Source: Promethearchaeota archaeon
GTDB taxonomy: Archaea; Asgardarchaeota; Lokiarchaeia; Sigyniarchaeales; SOKP01
Length of the DNA: 64,000 nt
Reading direction: 5' to 3'
Assembly: GCA_019058445.1 (NCBI GenBank)
Contig: JAHPZA010000010.1
Span: forward strand, 192,001 to 256,000
Shown: positions 1 to 10,852 of the stretch, piece after piece
How the letters are laid out: each line of letters starts with the position of its first letter
Position numbering within the stretch: the first letter of the stretch is position 1
Made by a program: the position numbers and the translations under genes
The notes under the pieces: generated by a model
Seen by the model: the letters and a program-made list of their open reading frames with translations, nothing else
What the model was told of the DNA's origin: nothing
The model's database searches: none

Positions 1-937
1 ATCTTGATAAAAAGTTAAAAACCCTTTCTTCATTTATAATTTTTCTTTTAGTTGCTTTATTTCTAGAAATATAAATTCTTTCAAATGACTTGTCATAATT
101 TTTAATTTCTGGTAAGAATTTTTTACGTAAAAATTCACATGCCCAATCAGGCATATTGCCAGAAACATTATTAATCCATGATGGAACAATCAAAATTGAT
201 GCTTCAAGATATAAGTTATCATCACTTGGAATAATTTTTTCTTTATCAATACCTAATATTTTTAGTGTTTGATCCTGATATAATTTGTTGGAATAATTGA
301 TGATGTATTTATCAATCTTTAAATCTATATAATCTATTAGATATAATCTTGGTAATACATCAAAAAACCAATGAAAAAATGTATCACCTCTGTCGGTTGC
401 TAAAACTCCTACAACATTTTTTGTTTTAATTAATTTTGGAAGTTTGAATCTCCTGAAAATACGATTTTCAATTATTCTTGATCCTAATTGCTTAGAGACA
501 TCCGATAATAATTTTCCATCAGGAGTTATAATTATAGCATTTTTTCCCCACACCCTTCCATTAGGCATAGAAAAAACATATGTTGCGCTTAATTTTGTTT
601 GAAGTTCATCACGAAATTTCCAGTGAATTTTCTTTTCTAAGCATTTTGGTTCTTTCCTTTCAATGATTTTAGAAGGAAAAATATCTATTAATTCTAAATT
701 GTAATTTTCCTTATTTATCTCAATCCATTTCTTAGAATGATAAATGTCAATCGGGAACGGTAATATTATTTTTAAAAAGGGAAATAAGGAATAAATTAAT
801 TTTCTAATGAAAAAAGCAAGTCTAGTTACAAATTTGACAAAATTAATATAAAATTTTACTAAAGGATTAAAAATTGGTTTCTCGAGCATAATATTTTCCA
901 TTAACTGCATAAGTCTCATGATCCGTCCCATTCTCAT
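1..937 (-). CDS. Glycosyltransferase family 61 / DUF563 protein (3' end runs off the window)
   Basis: Not in the ORF track. Manual translation from ATG at 937 is open to position 1 and contains MPNGRVWG, DTFFHWFFDVLPRL, LKILGI, LIVPS and RIYISRNKATKRKIINEE, which are typical GT61 motifs. Confidence 0.75.
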   Translation of the reverse strand, partial: MRMGRIMRLMQLMENIMLEKPIFNPLVKFYINFVKFVTRLAFFIRKLIYSLFPFLKIILPFPIDIYHSKKWIEINKENYNLELIDIFPSKIIERKEPKCLEKKIHWKFRDELQTKLSATYVFSMPNGRVWGKNAIIITPDGKLLSDVSKQLGSRIIENRIFRRFKLPKLIKTKNVVGVLATDRGDTFFHWFFDVLPRLYLIDYIDLKIDKYIINYSNKLYQDQTLKILGIDKEKIIPSDDNLYLEASILIVPSWINNVSGNMPDWACEFLRKKFLPEIKNYDKSFERIYISRNKATKRKIINEERVFNFLSR

Positions 938-1077
938 TTAAATTTCTGTTTCTGTTATACTTAATCCTATATAATCATATAATAAAACAATTCTAAATCA
1001 TATGGATTTGCCAAATTAATAAATATTTTTTGCATTTTTGTTATTTCATTTTATAATATATTAGTCTTATTTAAGTA

Positions 1078-2169
1078 TCAGTAATTAATATTCTCAAAGA
1101 CTCTTAGACTTTCTTCAATAACTTGATCCATATTATAATATTTATATTGGGCTAAACGACCAACAATAATAAGATTCTTAATCTTATCTGCTTCCTTTTT
1201 ATACATTTCAAATAGTCTATAATTTATATTTCGTGGTATGGGATAGAAAGGTTTTCCATTAGTGCATGGAAATTCTTTTACAATAGTTGTTTTAGAGTTT
1301 TTTTGACCAGTTGCATGCTTTATTTCAATAATTCTTGTAAATTCATAGTTATTTGGATAGTTAATTTGAACCCAATCCTGGTAATATTCTTTATCATAAT
1401 TTTCATGTTTAAATCTTAGAGATCTATATGGTAGCTTACCATATTTATAATTAAAGAATTCATCAATACGTCCCGTATAAATTAAATATTTATATTTGAT
1501 TTTATTTTTTATTTTCCAATAATTAGTATTTAATTTTATTTTGATATTCGAATTATTTAATAAATTTTGGAATAATTCATGATATCCATTAAGTGGCATA
1601 GCTTGTATTTTATCTGTAAAATATCGATCATCATTATTAATTCTAATAGGAATTCTTCCACAAACAGAAGGATCTAATTGTTTTGGATTTAATCCCCATT
1701 GTTTTATAGTATAATTTTTAAAAAATTTTTTATAAATTTCCCAACCAACTTTTGAAATTACCTCTTCTTCTGAATTTTGAGGATTTTCAATGTCAATCCT
1801 CTTTTTCTTCAAAAATTCTTTAGCTTGCTTTTCAGTTTTTAAATTAATTTTAAAAAATTTATTTAGTGTTTCCCTATTTATTGGAATTGGATATAATTCA
1901 CCATTCACATAAGTTCTTATTTTATATTCATATGGCCTCCATTTCGTAAATTTTGATAAGTAATTATATACTTTCTTTGAATTTGTTCTGAAATAATGAG
2001 GGCCATATTTATGTACTAAAATGCCTATATCATTATAATAGTCATAACAATTACCACCTAAATGATTCCTTTTATCTATTATTAAGACCTTTTTATCTAA
2101 CTGAGAACTAATGCGTTCTGCTAAAACTGATCCTGCGAAACCTGCACCAACAATTAAAAAATCATACAA
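1078..2169 (-). CDS. glf: UDP-galactopyranose mutase
   Basis: GAGFAG FAD motif, GGNCYD, HKYGPHYF, LPYRSL, GRLAQYKYYNMDQ; TTG start. Confidence 0.95.
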   Translation of the reverse strand: MYDFLIVGAGFAGSVLAERISSQLDKKVLIIDKRNHLGGNCYDYYNDIGILVHKYGPHYFRTNSKKVYNYLSKFTKWRPYEYKIRTYVNGELYPIPINRETLNKFFKINLKTEKQAKEFLKKKRIDIENPQNSEEEVISKVGWEIYKKFFKNYTIKQWGLNPKQLDPSVCGRIPIRINNDDRYFTDKIQAMPLNGYHELFQNLLNNSNIKIKLNTNYWKIKNKIKYKYLIYTGRIDEFFNYKYGKLPYRSLRFKHENYDKEYYQDWVQINYPNNYEFTRIIEIKHATGQKNSKTTIVKEFPCTNGKPFYPIPRNINYRLFEMYKKEADKIKNLIIVGRLAQYKYYNMDQVIEESLRVFENINY

Positions 2170-2170
2170 A

Positions 2171-3103
2171 TTACAAAAATTCTCTCTTTACAATTTCAAT
2201 TAAATCATTAGAATTATCAACATGAAATATTTTAGAACCTGATAATTTATGATACCAATTATAGGAATTGTATTTTAATTCAGCTCCTCTCATAGCTAAG
2301 ATTATATTTTTTCCGCCAAAATAACTAGTGAAAACGCAATTACCTCCTTGAACAGAAATAAATCTGTTACAATTTGCATAAATCATCATCTGAATTTGAT
2401 TATAGGATAAATCTTTATTATTTTTATTTAAATTTTGCATTGTAATAACATATGGAAATTGTTCTTTTAATATTGCAAAATCCTGAAAATTATGATCTCT
2501 TTGTTGATCTTCTGCTATATCTATTGAAGTTGGTCTATTATATATAATTTGATATTTTTTCTGAAGAATTTTAAATAATTCTTTTAAAATTTCAAGTGAA
2601 ATATAATTTACAGGTGGACCACTCCATTCAACAGTATATTTATTACCTATAACACAAATAGGATTATCCCATACAAAACGATTATTTTTATATATTTTTT
2701 TATATGGTGGAGGTTCCCACATTTTTTTATTAATTTTTTTTTTATGTATATGTCCAATTGGAAAACTTTTAACGTTTAAACATAATCTTTTTTTATCAAG
2801 TTCTGAATGATTTTTAGAGAAATAATATAAACATTTTGTATCTTTAACACCTCTAGTAAAAATTAATTTATTTCTTTTAAATAACCAATAAGCATATGGA
2901 ATAACTGCTATAAGTTCATATCCAAACTCTCCATAAAATTGTACATTTCTTCTTTTAAATATCTTCCAATAACTAAATATTAATGGTTTTATTATTATTC
3001 TAGGTAAATTTCTCCATAAAAATAAGATCTTCCATAAAAAAGTCCCAGGATTATTTTTATTAAAAATTAGTGTTTGTATCCTTTCAATTTTCCCTAATAT
3101 CAT
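2171..3103 (-). CDS. Hypothetical glycan-locus protein, possibly a GT-B-fold transferase
   Basis: 310-aa ORF adjacent to glf. GEFGYEL and FISVQGG motifs loosely resemble GT-B donor-binding segments; no firm family assignment. Confidence 0.5.
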   Translation of the reverse strand: MILGKIERIQTLIFNKNNPGTFLWKILFLWRNLPRIIIKPLIFSYWKIFKRRNVQFYGEFGYELIAVIPYAYWLFKRNKLIFTRGVKDTKCLYYFSKNHSELDKKRLCLNVKSFPIGHIHKKKINKKMWEPPPYKKIYKNNRFVWDNPICVIGNKYTVEWSGPPVNYISLEILKELFKILQKKYQIIYNRPTSIDIAEDQQRDHNFQDFAILKEQFPYVITMQNLNKNNKDLSYNQIQMMIYANCNRFISVQGGNCVFTSYFGGKNIILAMRGAELKYNSYNWYHKLSGSKIFHVDNSNDLIEIVKREFL

Positions 3104-3543
3104 TTTAATTATATAATTTTTGTTTCTAAAAGAGTTTTAATTTAGATTAATTAAAGTTTAAATTGTTTTTAAACTATTGTACATGAATTTTTTACACTAT
3201 CCAATTGAGCTATTTTAATAGAGAATTCTCCAAATTCAGGTTCTAAAAATTTCTCTTAACTTAAACGTAAAAAATAAAGGATATCTTGCATTATATAATT
3301 AATATGTTATTGATTTAATTTTAAATTAAGCAGGCTAATAACTTTCAAACAGATAATATTTACTTATTAACTGTCTAAAAGAACGAAGCATTTCATTTCA
3401 GATCAATATGATTTGATATTACCTTTTTTTCTTCATTTTTTTGACTATTAAATTAATAGAAATAAAATAGGATTTGTTTTTTTCAGTAACGAAATACTCA
3501 AGAAATGCATACTTTAAATATTTTTATCAAAAAAAGGGAAATT

Positions 3544-5037
3544 TTAACTTATTTCTTCTTGAATTGTCCTATTTCTAAATAATTGAACTAAACTGATAAT
3601 TTCTTGCCATTTTAATTCCTGAAGTAAAAATAGTATAAGAGTAAAAAGCCCTAGACTAAATACTGATAAAACAAGAAAAAGAATTATTTGATTATCAAAT
3701 AGAAGAATAAAAATTTGATTTTTTATAAGGATAGTTAAAAGAATTATAAATAATGCTAAAGGTAAATGTAAAAAATTTCGCATACGCGGTTTTATTTTGA
3801 AAATTCTATATGAAAAATAATAACATAATAAGCACCATAAAATCCATGGAATAGTATTAGCAATAGCAAATCCAATACCACCCAAACCCAATGTTTTTAC
3901 ATGCCAAATAGATTTAGGAATTAGTATTATCATTAATGTTATTATTAAAATTTTTATTAATGAATTTATAATAGCATAAAGCTTTTGTCTTTTCCCTGAA
4001 AGAAATAGATATACTGTAGGGCGTGATAATCCAATAAAATAGGGAACAAAAATCATGATATTTAATATAGGGATAGAATTAGAATAATTTGGTAAAAAGA
4101 TGGAAAAGATGAATTCAGCATTTATTATTACTATTATTATAATCAATAAATAGAAAATTGAAAAATATTTTTCAATTTTATTTTTTAGAATGGTAATTGA
4201 ATTATAATCATTTTTTTCAAAATATTGAGAAGATAATACTAAATATAAAGGGACTACACTTGCCGATATTGATAGTAGTATCATTATTATATAACTGTCA
4301 ACTAGACTGACGTAGCCAAGAGTTTCATAACCAAACGAATAAGCAATAATAAAATTTCCGATATTGGCACATATGATAGTTATTATACAATATATAATCA
4401 ATGGATTTGTATCTTTTAAGAAAGTTATAATTGTTTTTTTTTCAGGTTTAGTAATCTTTATCTCATCCTTAGACAATATGATTAAACAGAGAAAAATTGT
4501 GAGATTAAGTATGAAATAAGAGAGAGAAAGAAAAAATAGCATAAAAAATGAATTTATATTGAGATTTACTAAAAAAATAATAAGTATGCTATGAATTGTA
4601 TTAGTAATTAGATATGGAAGTTCGGCTTTATAAACTTTAAAGCAAGTTTTTAAATGAGTAATAAATATGATATTAATAGCTACGAAAATCTTCGATAGTA
4701 GGATAAAAATACAAAACAGAAAGAATTCTGTTTTATAAATACTAAATATGAATAATAAGGAAATAGAGATGCTTATATTTAATAACAAAAAGAAAATTTT
4801 TAGTGTAAGATAAGAGCTAAAGGTTTCAGAATAATTTTTTTTTCCAGAATATTGATAATATATATTATCTAAGCCAACATCTATAAATAGAAAACCTATA
4901 TTAATAATACTATTTAAAAAAATCCAGAGTCCCAAAAAAGCAGGTGAAAAATTTAAAATAAGCAAATAAAAAGATATTATAGTTAAAATTCTAACTATTA
5001 GATTTGTAAAAATGGAAAAAATAAATTTATCTAACAT
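3544..5037 (-). CDS. Oligosaccharide flippase (Wzx/MOP family)
   Basis: About 500 aa with about 14 hydrophobic segments, GL.I...IINIGFLFIDVGL N-terminal pattern, LGGIGFAIA motif, glycan-locus context. Confidence 0.8.
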   Translation of the reverse strand: MLDKFIFSIFTNLIVRILTIISFYLLILNFSPAFLGLWIFLNSIINIGFLFIDVGLDNIYYQYSGKKNYSETFSSYLTLKIFFLLLNISISISLLFIFSIYKTEFFLFCIFILLSKIFVAINIIFITHLKTCFKVYKAELPYLITNTIHSILIIFLVNLNINSFFMLFFLSLSYFILNLTIFLCLIILSKDEIKITKPEKKTIITFLKDTNPLIIYCIITIICANIGNFIIAYSFGYETLGYVSLVDSYIIMILLSISASVVPLYLVLSSQYFEKNDYNSITILKNKIEKYFSIFYLLIIIIVIINAEFIFSIFLPNYSNSIPILNIMIFVPYFIGLSRPTVYLFLSGKRQKLYAIINSLIKILIITLMIILIPKSIWHVKTLGLGGIGFAIANTIPWILWCLLCYYFSYRIFKIKPRMRNFLHLPLALFIILLTILIKNQIFILLFDNQIILFLVLSVFSLGLFTLILFLLQELKWQEIISLVQLFRNRTIQEEIS

Positions 5038-5170
5038 ATTTTTAGTTTAACCAAGCATTTATTATATTATTATATTCATAAATATACTTTGGAGCATTTT
5101 TATTATTAGCAGCTTTCTATAGCCTAAGAAAACTGAGCTATAGTTAAAGAATTGATGCCATTTTTTTTAA

Positions 5171-6346
5171 TTATTTTTCTAAAATTTTTTTATATAATTC
5201 ATAATGTTTCTTAGCATTAATTTCCCACGAGAAGTTACTTTTGACATATTCTCTAGCATAATCACCCATTTTTTTTTTGAGTTCCTCATTACTTAAGATA
5301 AGAATTAATTTCTCTTTCATTTCTATAATATCACCAAATTCAATTAAAAATCCGTTTTTCCCATTATTGATTATTTCTCTTGGACCCCAATGGTTTGATG
5401 CGATAACTGGGGTTTTACAAGCATTAGCTTCTAAAGCAACAAGTCCAAAAGTTTCAGATTTAGCTGGCATAACAACTACATCTGCCATAGAATAAATTTC
5501 AGGGAGATATCTCTTAGGTAAATGTCCTAATATTATAACGTCATGTTTTAAATTCATTTTTTGTATTAGATTCTCTAAGGTTGATTTATAACCAAAATCT
5601 CCGCCAGCTAATAATAATACCGTATCTGAGATTTCTTTTTTTAATAAAGAAAATGCATTAATCAAAATATCTATTCTCTTGTCCTTGAAAAGACGTCCAA
5701 CATATAAAACAATCTTTTTTTTTTCTAAATTGTATAATTTAATGAAATTAGAAGAATTTGAATGTTTAAAATGATTAATATCTATTCCATGTGGAATTAA
5801 ATAAATATTTTCTTTAGCAATTCCAAATCTTATTAAATATTCTGCTTCAAATTTAGTTACTACAATATAATTTATATCTAAAAAGGTATTTTTTATATTA
5901 CCTAAAGAAAGATCAATAATTCTTTGGTATAAATGCTGAAAATAATTTAAACTAAGAGTTATTCCTCCATGAGATGTAATAACTAACTTTTTTTTGTTTT
6001 TAATTAAAGCGACTAAACTTCCCATATCTTCTTGATAAGATCTTGGTGCATGAGAGTGAAAAATATCTATATTTTTACTATCTTTTAATAACTCTTTAAA
6101 TAATCCAAATGAAACTCTGTATTCCCTAAATCTCAAATATGAATTAAATCTTTTTATTATTAATTTTGGAGATACTTCATGAATTTTAGGAGCTTTTTTC
6201 GTTTCCTTAAAATCTAAAGCATTTGTTGTATAAATAATATTTCTAATAGGAAATGGTTTAAGAAATTTAGTCAACTCATTAATATGGACTGCTGGACCTC
6301 CATATTGACGAGAATAAATAGGAATTAATCTAGCTATATTTATCAT
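5171..6346 (-). CDS. Glycosyltransferase family 4
   Basis: GGP N-terminal motif, IPHGID, YVGRL..DK, ETFGLVALEA (EX7E). Confidence 0.92.
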   Translation of the reverse strand: MINIARLIPIYSRQYGGPAVHINELTKFLKPFPIRNIIYTTNALDFKETKKAPKIHEVSPKLIIKRFNSYLRFREYRVSFGLFKELLKDSKNIDIFHSHAPRSYQEDMGSLVALIKNKKKLVITSHGGITLSLNYFQHLYQRIIDLSLGNIKNTFLDINYIVVTKFEAEYLIRFGIAKENIYLIPHGIDINHFKHSNSSNFIKLYNLEKKKIVLYVGRLFKDKRIDILINAFSLLKKEISDTVLLLAGGDFGYKSTLENLIQKMNLKHDVIILGHLPKRYLPEIYSMADVVVMPAKSETFGLVALEANACKTPVIASNHWGPREIINNGKNGFLIEFGDIIEMKEKLILILSNEELKKKMGDYAREYVKSNFSWEINAKKHYELYKKILEK

Positions 6347-6416
6347 TATAGGTTATTAAATTAAAATTAATATATTCTTTAATATTAGCAATTTTATAAT
6401 TAATATAAAATGTTTA

Positions 6417-8126
6417 TTATACCTTAGTAATTAAATAATTTCCTAACGCAATTCCATCCAATTTAGAATTATTAAACACCCATAATGCATTTTCTGGGGA
6501 ACATACTATAGGAAAACCATGCAAATTAAAACTTGTATTTAATACTGCTCCAATTCCAGTAATCTTTTGAAATTCCGAAATTAATTTATAATATGAGGGA
6601 TTCCAACTTTCCTTTAATACTTGAGGTCGACAAGTTTCATCATATGGATGAATTGCTGCAACTATTTCATCTCTTTTAGGTGTAGTATCAAATGCATCAA
6701 TCATATAAGGCGCGAATACTGGATCATTAAGATAATCATTTACCCTTTCAAATAAAATTGATGGAGCAAAGGGCATCCACCATGTTCGGTGTTTGATCAT
6801 CTCATTAATTTTTTTTATTTGTTTAATGTTACTAGGATCTGCAATGATGGACCGATTTCCCAATGCTCGTGGACCCCATTCCATTCTTCCAGAAAATCTG
6901 GCATATATTTTACCTTTTGCAATAGATTCTGCTAAAAATTCCCCAATATTTTGCATTTTTTCATAGTGATATTTATTCTTATATGTCTCTAGGTACTTTT
7001 CTATAAAATTATTATCATACTCAGGGCCAAAATAAAGATCTCTTAATTTTTTTTTTTCATACTTTATTTTCTTAAATCTACAATATTGATAATAAGCTTC
7101 TAAAGCCGCTCCTAAAGAAGTACCTCCATCTCCCGCAGCAGGATATACGAAAATATCTTCAACTTCTTTTAATTCACGTAATTTTTTATTTGCTTTAACA
7201 TTTAAAAATACACCCCCACTAGCAGCAATTTTATGAATATCTGTCTTTTTTATCGCATTTTTAACCCATCTTGTTAATAAATCTTCGAAATGTTTTTGTG
7301 TTGCAGCTGCTAAATTATCGAACCTTTGTTCTTTTAATTTTTTCTGAAGATATCTTGACATTGCGTACATCCAATGTAACGTATTATTCTTAAATTCTAA
7401 TGGATTTCTTTTATCAATTTGAATGATTTTATTAATAAGATGAATTGAATATTTATAGTTGCCATAAGGAGCAAGCCCCATTAATTTATATTCATCATTA
7501 TCCCTCTTCATTCCTAAGTACCCCGTCATTTCAGTATAGAATCTACCTAAACTGTTAAAGAAGTTAGATTCAGCAATAGTTTTTATCTTATTATTATAAC
7601 CAATCGAAACTGTTGCGCTCTTTCCATCTCCCGCAGCATCTGCTGTGAAAATTAAAACTTTTTCATCCTCATCCCATGGGCAGTTTCTATAAGCACTGCT
7701 TGCATGAGCTAGATGATGATCAATGAAAACGATTTTATTATTTGAAAGTCCAAAATTATTTAAAATTTTTAATAAATCTTTTTGTTTTCTCATACGTCTT
7801 AAGATTATATTAAAAGCTTTGTTTACTGGTTTTAATTGAATTATTTTAGCAGATCTTGAATAAGCTTTAATATAAAATGGGACTGGAATTTCACTAGGAT
7901 TATATGTTCTTACTAAACTTACAATTCCAATTAAATTTATATCTTCAGGTTTAATAGAAAAATTCTTGAAAAGGTAATTAAGCGAAATAGAAGGGACTCC
8001 TGAATAATGTTTGATATTTCTCAATCGCTCTTCCTCAACTGAAAAAATAACATTACCATTTTCCAATAAAGTAATAGAAGAATCATGTCCATCATTAATA
8101 GCAAGGATATAATTTTTAGATTTCAT
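6417..8126 (-). CDS. O-carbamoyltransferase (NodU/CmcH family)
   Basis: HDSS..EEERL, HHLAHA, EYKLMGLAPYG, GGVFLN, GRMEWGPRALGNRS, PFAPS, LNTSFNLHG. Confidence 0.93.
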   Translation of the reverse strand: MKSKNYILAINDGHDSSITLLENGNVIFSVEEERLRNIKHYSGVPSISLNYLFKNFSIKPEDINLIGIVSLVRTYNPSEIPVPFYIKAYSRSAKIIQLKPVNKAFNIILRRMRKQKDLLKILNNFGLSNNKIVFIDHHLAHASSAYRNCPWDEDEKVLIFTADAAGDGKSATVSIGYNNKIKTIAESNFFNSLGRFYTEMTGYLGMKRDNDEYKLMGLAPYGNYKYSIHLINKIIQIDKRNPLEFKNNTLHWMYAMSRYLQKKLKEQRFDNLAAATQKHFEDLLTRWVKNAIKKTDIHKIAASGGVFLNVKANKKLRELKEVEDIFVYPAAGDGGTSLGAALEAYYQYCRFKKIKYEKKKLRDLYFGPEYDNNFIEKYLETYKNKYHYEKMQNIGEFLAESIAKGKIYARFSGRMEWGPRALGNRSIIADPSNIKQIKKINEMIKHRTWWMPFAPSILFERVNDYLNDPVFAPYMIDAFDTTPKRDEIVAAIHPYDETCRPQVLKESWNPSYYKLISEFQKITGIGAVLNTSFNLHGFPIVCSPENALWVFNNSKLDGIALGNYLITKV

Positions 8127-8269
8127 AACTTATCCGAAATTTTTCTTTGAATTTAAATAAATATTTTCTATTGTTAAAATATTTCGAAAAACAAAACCTT
8201 CAAGATAAATAACAATGAGACTATAAAAAAATTGCTTGCTCAGATTTTACTACCTAAATCTTTCAATTG

Positions 8270-9322
8270 TTAATTTATAATTAGATTTTTTATACCAATT
8301 ATTAATCCTAACCCCCAAGCGAATCCACGCATATGATGGAGCAATATTGTTTCTAAAAATGTTTTAATTTTATTTTTTTTAGAATAAGCAGCAGTTTGAT
8401 ATGCTGGAATAAGTCCATATATAAATAATAAAATGATTGTTATTAATATAAGCCAAAACCAAATAAATATTAAATTATTAAAAAGTAAATTCGAGAATAG
8501 GGGTAAAAGAAAAATATTATATAACAAAAACATGATAAATAACAAAATTCCTGAAGACATTAAAAATAAATAAAGAAAAGGTAAAATGTATATATCATAA
8601 GGAAAATACCAAGTAGAATTGAATTTATTACGGAGAGAAGTTTTAAAATGATGCTTTGAAACTCTACAATATGCCGTTCCGTCTCGGATACCTTTACGAA
8701 TCAATCTACAAAAACCACCATCTGCTACATGATATGTTATAGCATCATTTACTTTAAGGATTTTATAACCATTTTCAATAGCTATAAATGATATTTCAGC
8801 ATCTTCTCCGTAGACCCATTCAGGATCAAATCCATTAATTTCGTCTAATAGTTTTCTTCGAAACATTGAACAAGGACCACCAGCCCATACAACCTCCTCC
8901 TTTTTAATATTATTGTATCGTCTTGAGAATTCGAGACTTCTATAAATAGAACTAAATCTATCGTCAGTTCTAAATATTGTTGTACCCCCAACTATACCAA
9001 CTTTATCATCTCTAAAACCTTTTAATAGATTTTTAGTCCATAATGGATCTAATTCACAATCTCCATCCGTAAATGCTATAAATTTACCTGATGAGTTTTT
9101 ATAACCGAGATTTCTTGCATTGGAAATTCCTAATTTTTCTTTTATTAGTTTAATGGGATATTTTCTAATTATTTCAACGGTTCGGTCTTGAGAACCTCCA
9201 TCTATTACAATTATTTCTTTATTAGGATAGTCTTGATTTATAATTGACTCAATTGTCATTCCAATAGTATTCTCCATGTTTTTAACGCCAATTACATAAC
9301 TAACTAATGGTTCTTCGCTTAT
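8270..9322 (-). CDS. Glycosyltransferase family 2 with C-terminal TM helices; probable ATA start at 9322
   Basis: DGGS.D, FTDGDC, GED motifs. The frame extends 15 codons upstream of the ORF-track ATG, giving (I)SEEPLVSYVIGVKN, the conserved GT2 beta-1 strand, behind an AGGTG SD. Confidence 0.85.
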   Translation of the reverse strand: MSEEPLVSYVIGVKNMENTIGMTIESIINQDYPNKEIIVIDGGSQDRTVEIIRKYPIKLIKEKLGISNARNLGYKNSSGKFIAFTDGDCELDPLWTKNLLKGFRDDKVGIVGGTTIFRTDDRFSSIYRSLEFSRRYNNIKKEEVVWAGGPCSMFRRKLLDEINGFDPEWVYGEDAEISFIAIENGYKILKVNDAITYHVADGGFCRLIRKGIRDGTAYCRVSKHHFKTSLRNKFNSTWYFPYDIYILPFLYLFLMSSGILLFIMFLLYNIFLLPLFSNLLFNNLIFIWFWLILITIILLFIYGLIPAYQTAAYSKKNKIKTFLETILLHHMRGFAWGLGLIIGIKNLIIN

Positions 9323-9765
9323 TTAAAACACCTATTAGTATATTTTTAACATACTTTTGTTAATACTAAACAAATTTGATTTCCACGATGTTTCGTAAAA
9401 AAGGTATCCATTAATTTAACCTAACTCGACTGTAAATTGATTGACTATTTTCAATTCTTCCCTCTGAAATATTTTTTCTACATGACGGAATTCACATATA
9501 TCGGATGAAGTATATTTTTTCATCATGATTATGAGATATTTTGTAGATTCATACTTCAAAACCTCTATTTCTTAATTCTTTAACTATAGTTTATGTAATT
9601 TTATCAAGCTCTACAGACACAAGAAATTTCATCGTTTAATTAAAGATGTAAAGAATTATTGTATAATAATTTACTTGTGAGTATTATTAAATATTAATTT
9701 TTTGAATAAATAATTTTAGGGGGTTGATGATTTACACTTTTTAGATAAATTATATGAGAAAACAA

Positions 9766-10569
9766 TTATGGTAAAACTCTTTTTATTTTTAATTTCTTCA
9801 TTTTACAAACAGTAATACAAGAATAAATTGCTTTATTAATTCTAATTATTTAAATATGGTATGAATTCTATTCTTTTTTATTTATCATAGTCGGAAATTC
9901 TAAGATTCTATAGATTTTATATAAAGTTTTAAATAACATTTCCGTGCAAAATCAAATCCTTTATAAATCATACCATCAAATATCTCTAAGCATCCTTTAG
10001 AAAAATTTCGATAATTTCTTTGATTATTTGAAAATTTTTGATGAAAAAGGAACCATAACCATTTCATTATGATAAATTCTCTAAAACGAGTATGAAAAGG
10101 TACCTAATATTCACTATTACCTAAATATTTTAAACTAGCTACTATCTCTGCTTCAATATTGATAATCGGTTTAAATAATTTTAATATTAACTTAGGATTG
10201 TGTTGTTCATCTGGGTTTAATATATTGGTGATATTTCCTATAGTTTATCGAATGTCTGATAATAATCTTGCGCAATAACCTTTATTTTTATAATGCTGGA
10301 TGAATTAGATATTTTGATTTTTAAAATCTTGTATTTTTTTGACACAATCATCAAAACAGCTATCATAAACGACAAAAATTTCATTTTTGTAATGGTTAGG
10401 GATTCTATGAGGCAGATTCTTGATTGAATTTTCCTCATAAAATGCTAGTATTACGAGAAAGAGTAATACATTTTCATTGTTAATTTAATTAGTATTTTGG
10501 GTATTTATTTTGTAGCATCCGATGTCTTTTATCACTATTTCTCTCAAATAATTAATCTTGGACATTCAT
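9766..10569 (-). pseudogene. Decayed paralog of the DPM-synthase-like GT2 at 13505..14374
   Basis: Manual translation is colinear with the intact copy: MNVQ, IPNHYKNEI vs IPNHHKKEI, QHNP, YLGNSEY*VPFHTR vs YLGKSQYRVPLHTR, GF*FCTEMLFK vs GFGFCTEILFK, MKKLKI. It has several in-frame stops and an N-terminal frameshift. Confidence 0.9.
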
Positions 10570-10580
10570 ATTTGCTTTCT

Positions 10581-10595
10581 ATATTAGGATTTTTG
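10581..10595 (-). promoter_or_regulatory. Conserved upstream element shared by both GT2 paralogs (copy 1)
   Basis: ATATTAGGATTTTTG is identical at 14386..14400, with the same 12-nt offset from the start codon. Confidence 0.55.
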
Positions 10596-10698
10596 TATTC
10601 TAAATTATTATAATATAATTTACGGTAAGCATTTATCGGTAATCTAGTTTATTAATTATTTACTGCCTTTTGTATATAATTAAATCTAAGTTTTGCAG

Positions 10699-10718
10699 AT
10701 TTGTCAATCTTGACAAAT
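10699..10718. promoter_or_regulatory. Perfect 9-bp inverted repeat, candidate operator
   Basis: ATTTGTCAA-TC-TTGACAAAT in the divergent intergenic region. Confidence 0.45.
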
Positions 10719-10852
10719 GTGAAATTGAATTAAGTTTTTAGATAAATTTCTAAAATTATTTAAGTATTTCGAAAGTATCAATAATTAATAAAAATGAAGA
10801 AATTGAAAAAAATAGTCTTATTTATATTTTCAATTTTTTGTGGGACATTTAA

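Noticed and set aside
5117-5143. CTATAGC...GCTATAG inverted repeat as a terminator
   Set aside because: The 7-bp stem is weak and no clear U-tract follows.
9340-9700. Possible further gene remnants here and at about 3120-3540, 27250-27530 and 35450-35860
   Set aside because: These show coding-like patches but no recognisable motif; a blastx search would be needed.
10238-10438. 66-aa ORF
   Set aside because: It is an alternative frame of the GT2 pseudogene.
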